Source: Candidatus Heimdallarchaeota archaeon (GTDB lineage Archaea > Asgardarchaeota > Heimdallarchaeia > Hodarchaeales > Hodarchaeaceae). From it: DNA of 64,000 bases. The notes beneath the pieces are model-generated. The model saw only the letters and a list, made by a program, of their open reading frames with translations. It searched no databases and was not told the DNA's origin. How positions within the stretch are numbered: the first letter of the stretch is position 1; each line of letters starts with the position of its first letter. Location of the stretch: positions 3,161,532 to 3,225,531 of the forward strand of contig CP070695.1 in NCBI GenBank assembly GCA_020353515.1, written 5' to 3'. Of the stretch, positions 48,361 to 57,864 are shown in pieces. The position numbers and the translations under genes were made by a program.

Positions 48361-48967
48361 CTAATATGATATGGATTTTTCATCCATAATCCACTTGCAC
48401 ATCCGGTGAAGGGGTTCGATCGCGTCTTGTGGAGTGGTGAAACTTCCATTGGGTGCAAATCCTAGAGATACAATTCTTTGGACACCGTGGAGGATTAATT
48501 CATCTCTGATTTGTTGCTTTAAAGACTCAGGGTAGATTCCAACGATCTGGGTGTAAGCATTTACTGATTGGAGTGCAGTTCGGACATCATCAATTGGTAC
48601 GAGATTTACCACTCGACCGCAGAGTTGATCTGAGAAATCTACAGGTTCATCCATCTGACTGACAATCACAGCTCCTTCGTTTTCGTGACCCCCAAATACC
48701 CGATAAAACATATCATCCTTTCGAAGGCCATCGATGTTACTTTTGAGATCTACGTCGAATTCTTTCGCAGGAGTGGAGACATGACTGGGAAGGTTTACTA
48801 ACGCGTAGTATAGGTAAGCTTCTAATTCATTCAATTTATCAATCCCCATATCGTCTGTTCCTGACTACATAGATCACTCGACTATTCACACAGGCTTCTT
48901 GATTGGATTCCCCAATATCAATCGCTACTCGTTGTGCAACTGTCCGCATCGTCTCCTCATTTTGGAA
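48361..48967 (-). pseudogene. Acyl-CoA reductase (LuxC-like) 3' relic with a frameshift near 48866
   Basis: AIDIGESNQEACVNSRVIYV then GAVIVSQ..GRVVNLVP..TQIVGIYP..GVQRIVSLG..PQDAIEP. Confidence 0.8.
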
Positions 48968-49281
48968 CCATAGCGATAATGTTGTTCAAAACACATGATC
49001 ATTATCAAAGAATTTTTTGATCCAATTGTGTATCTTTTTTTGATTCTTCTCTTTTGATGAAGAATTTTCAGGCTTGTTTATTGAGTTTCACCTCGTTACC
49101 GATGGATAAAGCAAAAGATTAGTGATCTCCTAACGACAGATACGAATTAAAAGGATGATATAAAGATTTCTTCTTTAATATGAAAAATCTTAAATATTTC
49201 CACCTTTTTTTAGAACATGAGATATAGGTAGCGAGAGAATCCCATTATATTTCTATTCCCTTTTCAAGAGTATGACAAATA

Positions 49282-49893
49282 ATGCCCAAGTCTTCCCTTA
49301 GAGCGAAAATATTATTGATCGGAGATGGTGGAGTGGGGAAAAGTTCATTTCGTCGGGCTTGGCTTGGTGAAACCTTTCGCACCCAGTATATTATGACTCT
49401 TGGGGCGGATTTTGCAGCTAAAGAGATTACTCAATTCTACCCTCCAACAAATACCTATTTTACAATTAAATACCAAATTTGGGATCTTGCAGGCCAACCT
49501 AGGTTTAAAGTTGTTAGCGACCTTTATTACCGAGGTGCGGTCGGTGCTCTTTGTTTTTTTGACATCACAGATCAAGGTTCCTTTACAAATCTCATGGAAT
49601 GGATTAATTCTTATTGGAATCTAAATGGTCAGGGTAAACGACCTCTTTTAATCATAGGGGCAAAGAGTGATCTTCGGAAAAGTCCTAATTTTCCAAATCA
49701 AGTATCCTCTCAACATGGTTTAGAACTAGCAGACAGACTCACAAAAAGTGTCCAAACTGACCACAAATTTAGTATCTATTATGTTGAAACTTCAGCTAAA
49801 GAAAACATCAATGTAGAGAAAGCCTTTCAACTATTAGGAACTGAAGTTATCAAACTATACTATCAAATGATAACACCTATCTTTCAAAAATGA
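49282..49893 (+). CDS. Rab-like small GTPase
   Basis: GDGGVGKSS, TLGADF, WDLAGQ, AKSD (variant G4), ETSAK. Confidence 0.95.
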   Translation: MPKSSLRAKILLIGDGGVGKSSFRRAWLGETFRTQYIMTLGADFAAKEITQFYPPTNTYFTIKYQIWDLAGQPRFKVVSDLYYRGAVGALCFFDITDQGSFTNLMEWINSYWNLNGQGKRPLLIIGAKSDLRKSPNFPNQVSSQHGLELADRLTKSVQTDHKFSIYYVETSAKENINVEKAFQLLGTEVIKLYYQMITPIFQK

Positions 49894-50107
49894 GTCTACT
49901 CTTACTTCGCAATCACTCAAAAAGTCATATTGTTATTTCTAAGTGTGTAACATCCTGCAGATATTTTTCTGTAGTTGATTTATTTATTTTTTTTACCCCT
50001 AACTTTCCTATAAAATCACCTAGAGAGTTTTTCTTTAAGAGAAAGGTATATCAATAAGATTGAATATTAGTCTATTTGAAATAGATAAATATTGAAAAGT
50101 GTTCTAA

Positions 50108-50746
50108 ATGTCAGTTTGGAGATTAGATTATTCATCGTTCCAACAACTCTTTGCAAATGAATACAGTCTTAAAATTTTAGCTCTAATCTTTCAAAGGAAA
50201 AACAAAATTTGCGCTGCTGACATCTCCAAGCTTTTAGACATTCATATTAGCACAGCAAAGAAGTATCTCGACCTGCTAGCGAAGAACAATATTCTAAAGA
50301 GTGAACAATATCTTCATAAACCTGGGAAGCCGACTTTCTATTCTCTTCTGGTGGATAGAATCGATATTTCTCTCGATTTGTCTCAGATTTCCGAAACAAT
50401 GGATGTACCCCCTGTTGCAGAGAATATTCCTAATCCACTGATTCGAGAGGATATTAATTCACCCCCGAGAGTCCAGTTTCACTTTGATAACAAAGATATG
50501 GTAACAGAAATATCTGTTAAGGTACGAACTAAGGCAAAAAAAACAATTGCCCATAAAATCATATTAAATGAAACAGAAAGTCAGTTCATGAAGTACATCC
50601 CTCACCCCACTATGGAACCAGAATCATTCTTTGATATTTGTACAAAAGCTGGTATTTCTGACTATTATTCAATCAAAGAGGCATATCTCTTTGCTGAAAA
50701 ACTTATGAAATATGATATTATCCACTTTTCGCATAGTAGCCATTAA
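50108..50746 (+). CDS. ArsR-like winged-helix regulator
   Basis: AADISKLLDIHISTAKKYLDLL..GKPTFY. Confidence 0.8.
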   Translation: MSVWRLDYSSFQQLFANEYSLKILALIFQRKNKICAADISKLLDIHISTAKKYLDLLAKNNILKSEQYLHKPGKPTFYSLLVDRIDISLDLSQISETMDVPPVAENIPNPLIREDINSPPRVQFHFDNKDMVTEISVKVRTKAKKTIAHKIILNETESQFMKYIPHPTMEPESFFDICTKAGISDYYSIKEAYLFAEKLMKYDIIHFSHSSH

Positions 50747-50758
50747 ACCTTTATCCCA

Positions 50759-51763
50759 TTGGTGTTAAACGTGAATGAAACAAAACAACTAATGATTAAA
50801 CGATTTGAAAAATTCCAAAGCAAATTTCGGAAACAATCCTATGTTTCGATTTCTGTTTGGATTTTAATTATTGCAGTATTAACGATTATAATATTCAGTA
50901 ACCAATTATATGGTAACTTTTCACCTCTTCGAGGATTAATCATGTCGTTCTTTTACGCAATAGTATTAGTCAGTCTCTATATCAATATCCCATTTTTAAT
51001 AATACTGATTATCATATATCTGAGAGCGAGAAGCCAAAATTATTTGTTTCAACTTATTCCGAATTTTGGTTTACAAGTTCTGATCGTTCTAGCAGCATTA
51101 TCAAATTTCATTCAGCTCATTGAGACTGATCCATTAATGCCATTTTACATCATTTTTCTGCTTGTTCTAGTATTCTTAGAAATGATATTCCTCTATTGGT
51201 ATGTTCGTGGTGTGCGAGAGAACCGAAAACCAATTTTCTTTTGGACTTTTTACCAGGATTCACTTGCAGCCTATTCTTCAACGGTACTATCCCGTCATGC
51301 CCTTGAAATTAGTGAAGAGGAGGATGGTTATTCCCAACGACCGTTCTTCTTGTCATTTTCGGAACTTGGGGAATATTTCAAAGAAACAGAATTTATGAAG
51401 GATAAGATACGAGAATATGCATCATTTTTAACTGAAAAAAGTGAGTTAATTGGTTGGGACATCTCTGAAAATCAAATCGTTCTATACCCTCGTGTTTTAT
51501 TGGGTAAATATAGTCCTGGGATTGGTTTAACTTTCCTTTGGCGTTTAATGATCAGGGTGTTAAAGAAAAACTTAACCTACATTCGGATTGATTTTGATTC
51601 TCAGGAAATCAGTTTAAAAGTAGCTGAAGAAGATTATCACCTGTTAAGTGACGTAACATATCACTTACTGGGATTTCAAGTGTTAAACCACTTCAAAAGC
51701 TCAATTCTTGCCTTCATCACTGGAAATAGAGAAGAAGCTTACTCAACATTATTCCCTGCTTGA
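50759..51763 (+). CDS. Membrane protein (about 4 TMs + soluble C-terminal domain)
   Basis: Hydrophobicity pattern; 12 nt after the regulator gene. Confidence 0.7.
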   Translation: MVLNVNETKQLMIKRFEKFQSKFRKQSYVSISVWILIIAVLTIIIFSNQLYGNFSPLRGLIMSFFYAIVLVSLYINIPFLIILIIIYLRARSQNYLFQLIPNFGLQVLIVLAALSNFIQLIETDPLMPFYIIFLLVLVFLEMIFLYWYVRGVRENRKPIFFWTFYQDSLAAYSSTVLSRHALEISEEEDGYSQRPFFLSFSELGEYFKETEFMKDKIREYASFLTEKSELIGWDISENQIVLYPRVLLGKYSPGIGLTFLWRLMIRVLKKNLTYIRIDFDSQEISLKVAEEDYHLLSDVTYHLLGFQVLNHFKSSILAFITGNREEAYSTLFPA

Positions 51764-52058
51764 ATTACAAGCCTCCTCTTTAAATTCCGAACTCCAAGAC
51801 ATATGAATAAAACACCTCCAAAAGCACATATTACAACAGCATCTAGCCCTAATCCGCCAAATAAGGAAATGATGCAAGCAAACCAAAAGAATCCACCTAA
51901 TAGGAGAGCAACCCACCAAGGCATCGTCATCATGAGATCATATACAGATGTTACTGGTGAGCTCCTCGCTTTTGGAAGTTCAGATCCACATGAAACGCAA
52001 TATAAAACCTCTTCACTGTTTTTTCCCCACAAAATGCGCATAATCTTTTGGGTTCTAT
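51739..52058 (-). pseudogene. Double zinc ribbon + 2 TM protein, frameshifted
   Basis: EPKRLCAFCGEK joins NSEEVLYCVSCG if one base is added to the run at 52019-52024. Confidence 0.6.
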
Positions 52059-52086
52059 CCTTAATCCTTCTATTAATCTCTTTAAT

Positions 52087-52890
52087 TTATAAGTTTGTTT
52101 CGGGTACCACATTTGAATTACTAAAGAATGTGGTAATATTTAATAGGCTTGTATCGGTTGTCCAGATAGCGTAGACATTTGGAGAGTGCCAATTAGAGAC
52201 AGAAAGTAAATAATTTTGGTCTATCATCAAATAAAAGCAATCACAACATCTTTGACAGATAGTTAGTGCCAATTCGGGTATTCGATCTGATTTCTCTCTT
52301 AGTTCTTTAATTGACATTTGACACAATCCTGCATTTATGCTTATTCCCGCTTTTCGCAATTCCAATAATATAGGTTCAAATTCAAAGTACAGTTTATAGT
52401 TTGGAAATCGAATAAGGATCTCCCTCTCAACTTTTGATAACTCGTAGTGGATTTTGTTGATGATATTCTTTCTACCTTTTACTATTAAGGCTATAGCGGA
52501 TGGAATCGAGACAAATGAATCAAATAAAGGAGTCAATCGAAGATTAAGTTCCTTGAGAGCATCCTTTTTTTGGTTAAAATTATTTTCTATACGTTCTTGG
52601 AGGTTCTGAAGCCCTTCTGCTAATGGTATGACCATATAAAGCTTTGGAATAGACGTTTGAACCATTATGAGGCCAATTTGTTCGAGTTCTGTTAATATAC
52701 TATAGATTCTAGAATCTTTTACTCCTGTTGCTTTACAAAGATCACCAGCTGTGGATTCTTTAACTTTTACTAATTCTAGGTATATCCGCGCTTGAGGTAA
52801 TGAAAGTCCAATAGTTGTCATCAAGTTTAATAATTGTTCGGGGTACGAATCTTTCTGTATATCAAGTCTACTAGATTTAATACTTGACAA
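52087..52890 (-). CDS. TrmB-family transcriptional regulator
   Basis: IGLSLPQARIYLEL..RIYSILTELEQIGLI..PKLY..IVKGRKNI. Confidence 0.9.
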   Translation of the reverse strand: MSSIKSSRLDIQKDSYPEQLLNLMTTIGLSLPQARIYLELVKVKESTAGDLCKATGVKDSRIYSILTELEQIGLIMVQTSIPKLYMVIPLAEGLQNLQERIENNFNQKKDALKELNLRLTPLFDSFVSIPSAIALIVKGRKNIINKIHYELSKVEREILIRFPNYKLYFEFEPILLELRKAGISINAGLCQMSIKELREKSDRIPELALTICQRCCDCFYLMIDQNYLLSVSNWHSPNVYAIWTTDTSLLNITTFFSNSNVVPETNL

Positions 52891-53082
52891 GGTTATTTCC
52901 TTTCTCTTTATTTTTCTCTACTAACTACTATTAGTGATGAGAAGATCGATCTTATAATCATTTGGATTTCAACAAAAATCAGATCGAATAGAGATATCAA
53001 TGATTTAATCTCTCTTGATTTATTGAGATTATTTCTTAAAAATAAAGACTTTTCATACAAAGTATATTCGAGGTGTTTAGAA

Positions 53083-53688
53083 ATGAAAAAACGAGATACA
53101 TTCAATAAAATGTTTGAAAGTGGTATTTCTTATGAGGAATATACCAAATCAAGTGATAAGTATATGGAAAGAATGAAAGACAGCTGGTTTATTTGTGAAA
53201 GGGAAATAACGAAATCGTATCAGGCTCAGATCTCCCGATTGAATGAAAAATTACGAGTCCTTTGTATAGCTGAGTCTTGGTGTGGTGATTGTGCAAATGG
53301 CGTACCTGTTATAGCCAAACTTGCTGAAGAATCAGACAACTGGGATTTTCGGATTGTTCCACGAGATAGTTTTCGAGAAGAAGTAGATAAGTTTTATGCG
53401 ACTGCTGGTAGAACAAAAATCCCAATCGTTATCTTTGCAGATGAGGATGGAGATGAGATTATGCGATGGGTTGAAAGGCCAACACGTAGTTATCATTTGT
53501 TAGGTATGCTACGTGATCAAAATCTTTCAAAAGAAGAATTTCTGGAGCAATACAATGCTCTCAACGAATTAAAACCTCCTACTGTCTCTCAAGAAATTCT
53601 GCGTGAATTAATTACTGTTGCAGATAAAGCGTCCTCGATAGTTCATCTTAACCCACCTATAAAAAAACCTAAAATATTAATTCATTGA
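53083..53688 (+). CDS. Thioredoxin-family protein
   Basis: ESWCGDC, KIP, RWVERP. Confidence 0.9.
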   Translation: MKKRDTFNKMFESGISYEEYTKSSDKYMERMKDSWFICEREITKSYQAQISRLNEKLRVLCIAESWCGDCANGVPVIAKLAEESDNWDFRIVPRDSFREEVDKFYATAGRTKIPIVIFADEDGDEIMRWVERPTRSYHLLGMLRDQNLSKEEFLEQYNALNELKPPTVSQEILRELITVADKASSIVHLNPPIKKPKILIH

Positions 53689-53691
53689 CAG

Positions 53692-54591
53692 TTAGTAATC
53701 TAATTGTTCGAGCGTTTCCCAGGTATAGCCAATGAGTTCGGGGGGAATGTTTTGCAAGTACTCAACCAATGAATGCGACCCATATCTTTTAGTGGCTTGT
53801 TCAGAACTGAGTACCTTCATTTCTTTATACAAACCAATTGCTCTAAGGATCTGGACATGAGAGAGAAGTAATCCTTCGGGCACACGAAATGCAATATATG
53901 AAACAATGACTAAAGTAATTAAAACTAGAGCATTAGGTAATGGAATAAAAGTAAACCAAGGGAGTACTATGATGGTATATATTGATAGGATTGCAGCAGC
54001 AATGATTAGAAATCTTCGTGCTCGAATGATTTCAGCTGTAGGCTGGACGATTTGAACCTTAATATAAGCATATAAGAGTAATGCGACAACGAAAAAATCA
54101 AACATGTTTGATAGAAAATTGAATCCAGTAGAAGAAATAATAACTCCTCCTTGAGTGATTAATCCCGCTCCTTGTGGATAATAAGAAGAATAATTGTGTG
54201 ACATTTTCCAAAACAATACTGTTGCAGTTTCGGGCTGAACCATGAGCTCCCAAAATCCAATAAGGAGCATTATAATGGAAAACCAGATTATTCCAGTATA
54301 CCACACGATTGGTGGAGGATGATCCCAGAGAATACTCACCGCTTGAAGAAAGAAGAGATACAATACTGTATTAAATGCTCAATTGTGAATTTTGTAAAGC
54401 AATAAGATATTGGTTATACCAGCCAAGGTTGCAGATGATAAAGTAATGAAAGTACTGAGAAAAACTCCAGTAAATATTCCGAATTCTAATACTCCTGACC
54501 GTTTGTATAATTTAAGCAATACACCTGCGGGGATAAGAGCTAATACTGAAATTAGTATATTTATCCCTTGAATGGCATTCATTGCAACCAT
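53692..54591 (-). pseudogene. Multi-TM membrane protein interrupted by an in-frame TGA at 54379-54381
   Basis: ORFs 54379-54591 and 53692-54363 share a frame (KIHN*AFNTVLYLFF). Confidence 0.75.
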
Positions 54592-54847
54592 TTTAGTTGC
54601 CAGCCTCTTATTCTGATTATGTAATTCATCCTAATAAGTAAGAATTACATCTATTATCTTTTTTAATAGTTATTTTAAAACCTTGATATCCATAATTTAT
54701 AGAGAAACCTGAAATATTGAATCACAGATATATTGTAAAAATTCTGATTTTGATTATAAGCAAGGGTTGGTTTTCTAAAAGGATTGTTTTTAAAATCAAG
54801 AGTAAATACTATGTATCGGTCATCCTAGTTTAGTTGTTTGGCTCAAA

Positions 54848-56596
54848 ATGAACGTATTAGTCGTCTACAGCTTAATTATACTAACATTGATTCGAATTAT
54901 TGGTGTAGTGGTTTCTCTCGACTTTTTTTTGAAGCAAAGAGAAGAAAGATTTTTGATTTTTACTCTTGGTTGGATTTTTTGGGCTATCACAGGAATATTT
55001 CCAATACTTTCAAGTTTTACAGAAAACGAAGAATTGATTAACTTTTATTTTCGATTAAATGCTTATTGCACTCCATTTGGCACTTTATTCATTGTTATTG
55101 GAATAATATTGTACTTTCAACCAATTTCTCTAAAGATGCAGATAACCATTCCATTTGTACTTCTCTGTTCACAAATCATTTTGACGCTCATTATAGGTGA
55201 AGAACAAGCAGGGTATTTAATAATCGCATTCTTTTTCTTATTATCTTGCTTTTTGATATTGGGAGGTTTCATCAAACGGCGTGTAATCAAGAAATTTGTT
55301 GCACACAGTATTTTGTGGTTTTATATTAGTTCAATTATGTTTGTTCTATTGAATGTCATCTTAATTCTGAATGTTGCTAGAGGAGAAATCTTTGGTCTCT
55401 ATTATTCTGAAGATATTGGAGCAATTATAGTGAATTATTCACTAGGTATTGCATTTACAGCATTACTAATCGTATATTTTATTCATACAGAACAGAGTCT
55501 CTCATCCAAAGCGCTTCAATCAAGTGAAGAACGCTTTAGAACGCTTTATGAGAGAACTAGAGTAGGATTAGTAACCTCTCGTCTTGATGGGACTATAATC
55601 GCAGCAAATCCTGCTGCGGCAACAATTTTGGGTTATAATAGCTCTAAGGAACTAGTTGGTAAAAATACGATCTCTCTATACCAAGATCCAAACCAGCGGG
55701 AGTTACTTCTAAATCAATTAGCGAAGACAAGTTTCATTGACAATTATGAATTAATCCTTAAGAAGAAAGATGGCACTCAAACGCATGTATTGATAAGTGT
55801 AAGTTATCAGTTGAAAAAAGATACATCTCCTTTAGAATGGGTTTTCAGAGACATTACAGAACGTAAGGAAGTTGAAAAAACAGAAAGAGAACTTTCTGAT
55901 CGTCGAAGGAAGTTTATTGAGATTACCTCACACGAATTACGTACCCCCTTAACAACTATTAAAGGATTTGTAGATTTTCTCGAAAAATATGGTAAAGATC
56001 TTCCTCCAGAGGATACGAATAAGAGCTTTGACTATATTCATAAAAATATCTCACGCTTGAACCGCTTGATCACAGACGTTTCGGATCTATCACAAATTGA
56101 AAGAGAATCTTTTCATGTTGAAAAACAGCTATTGAACTTTTGTGACTTCCTTAATGAGGTTATGCAAGCCTATAAAACTCTGTTAGGAGATAAGTTCAAG
56201 TTCCAACCTTGTGACGAAACATATATTCCTATAGAAGGAGACGAGGAGCGACTCCAACAGGTCTTTGACAATTTAATAGACAATTCTATAAAACACAGTT
56301 CCAATGAAAAATTGCACATAGATATGCGTGTCCACACCTTTCCCCATTCTGTTCGAATAACTATCACAGATCAAGGAGCAGGAATTGAACCTCAGAACCT
56401 TGAAAGGATTTTTGAACCATTTGTTTCTCTTAATACTAGGTATTCGGTAAAAGGAGCAGGAATAGGATTATATTTATGCAGAGTTATCGTTCAACAGCAT
56501 AATGGAACAATTTCAGCACAAAGCGAAGGCCATGATCAAGGTACAACCATTACAATTGAATTACCTCTGAAAATTCAAAACCTCCTAGTTGGTTGA
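54848..56596 (+). CDS. Membrane-bound PAS histidine kinase
   Basis: About 7 TMs, PAS (ANPAAA..DITERK), SHELRTPL, NLIDNSIKH, DQGAGI, GAGIGL. Confidence 0.95.
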   Translation: MNVLVVYSLIILTLIRIIGVVVSLDFFLKQREERFLIFTLGWIFWAITGIFPILSSFTENEELINFYFRLNAYCTPFGTLFIVIGIILYFQPISLKMQITIPFVLLCSQIILTLIIGEEQAGYLIIAFFFLLSCFLILGGFIKRRVIKKFVAHSILWFYISSIMFVLLNVILILNVARGEIFGLYYSEDIGAIIVNYSLGIAFTALLIVYFIHTEQSLSSKALQSSEERFRTLYERTRVGLVTSRLDGTIIAANPAAATILGYNSSKELVGKNTISLYQDPNQRELLLNQLAKTSFIDNYELILKKKDGTQTHVLISVSYQLKKDTSPLEWVFRDITERKEVEKTERELSDRRRKFIEITSHELRTPLTTIKGFVDFLEKYGKDLPPEDTNKSFDYIHKNISRLNRLITDVSDLSQIERESFHVEKQLLNFCDFLNEVMQAYKTLLGDKFKFQPCDETYIPIEGDEERLQQVFDNLIDNSIKHSSNEKLHIDMRVHTFPHSVRITITDQGAGIEPQNLERIFEPFVSLNTRYSVKGAGIGLYLCRVIVQQHNGTISAQSEGHDQGTTITIELPLKIQNLLVG

Positions 56597-56652
56597 AGAT
56601 GTTAAGAATTCTCCATTAAAGAAAGGCCTCTATTTCGTGTGGAGACGCCTGA

Positions 56653-57750
56653 ATGATCCCTGAGATAACAATTATTGGAGGAAACATAGCAGGACTATCC
56701 GCTGCATATTATCTTTCTAAGAAAGGATTTTATGTAACACTTTATGAAGCAAAACTATGGAATAAACCATGTGGAGGAGCGATCAGTCTTGAATTTGAAC
56801 AATATTTAAGTGATGAACTAAATATTGTTTTAGAGGAGTCTGATCATTATACAGAACGATTTAAAGTAGGATTATGGTCAGGCCGTTATATGGAAGATGT
56901 TGGCGTTTTTCGTGTAACTACAAGATATGATCTTCAAAAAAAATTGATTGAAAGATTGATAAAAGAAACAAATATTGAGATTAAATACAAAAGGGTCTCT
57001 TTCAAAGATGAACTCTTCACCCCACAGACAATAGTAGCTACAGGATACAGTGGTTTCACTAATAAAGTGATGGAGAGAAGGTGGAGGTTTAATGATAAAG
57101 CTCTCACCCTGCGGTATGATGGGAAATTCTCAGGAACTTATCCAAATACAAATTTAATTGTCCTTGATCATAAAAAAATGGGTTATGGCTGGGTTTTTGT
57201 CGGTAAAAACGATCACATAAATGTTGGGGTAGGTGCTGTAGCTTCCAGAGAGTTTCTTTGGAATAGATTTTATGATTTCTTCGATCTCATTGCTGATAAA
57301 TATGGATATAACATTGATCCCCCATCAAAAAAGCCCCAAGCGTGGTACTTACCTATACCAACAAACAAGAAGAAGATACCTATAAGTAATCTTAAGGATG
57401 GAATTGAATTCATTGGGGTGGGAGATGTCCTCGGATTAGCACATCCTCTTTCTGGTGCGGGTATTGAACCTGCTTGGCAATCAGGGTGGGTTTTGTCTGA
57501 ATGTATTACTAAAAATCGAATTGATACTACCAGATATCAATGGTTATTACTGAAAAATTTGAGGTTGAGTAGTTGGCGATGGTTGGATCAATTTGCTTCT
57601 ATCGTAAGTAGAATAAACTTTCCATTCAAATCTACATTAGGTTATTTCGCACTACATTTCATAAGACATCGTATGCTAACCATGATGCGAAAATATCCAT
57701 GGTTTTCTCTAGTTCATGATGGTACAAAGAAAACTAGGTTTAAAAGTTAA
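56653..57750 (+). CDS. Geranylgeranyl reductase-family FAD oxidoreductase
   Basis: IIGGNIAG, KPCGGA, GYGWVF, GDVLG..PLSGAGI. Confidence 0.85.
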   Translation: MIPEITIIGGNIAGLSAAYYLSKKGFYVTLYEAKLWNKPCGGAISLEFEQYLSDELNIVLEESDHYTERFKVGLWSGRYMEDVGVFRVTTRYDLQKKLIERLIKETNIEIKYKRVSFKDELFTPQTIVATGYSGFTNKVMERRWRFNDKALTLRYDGKFSGTYPNTNLIVLDHKKMGYGWVFVGKNDHINVGVGAVASREFLWNRFYDFFDLIADKYGYNIDPPSKKPQAWYLPIPTNKKKIPISNLKDGIEFIGVGDVLGLAHPLSGAGIEPAWQSGWVLSECITKNRIDTTRYQWLLLKNLRLSSWRWLDQFASIVSRINFPFKSTLGYFALHFIRHRMLTMMRKYPWFSLVHDGTKKTRFKS

Positions 57751-57864
57751 TAGTCCAATGTTGAAGTCTTTTAGGATACGAATCTTAAGATACGAAATAA
57801 GTAGTGGTATTGAATTTTATAATAGGATTAAGTTATATATTGATAGCATTAGAATTCATTTATT

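Noticed and set aside
2500-54381. Stop-codon recoding (in-frame TAG at 2500 and 45830, TGA at 54379)
   Set aside because: TAG and TGA end many apparently complete genes here, the LuxC tail has TAG in one copy and TAA in the other, and two of the affected genes carry other lesions; no pyl or sel genes are in the window.
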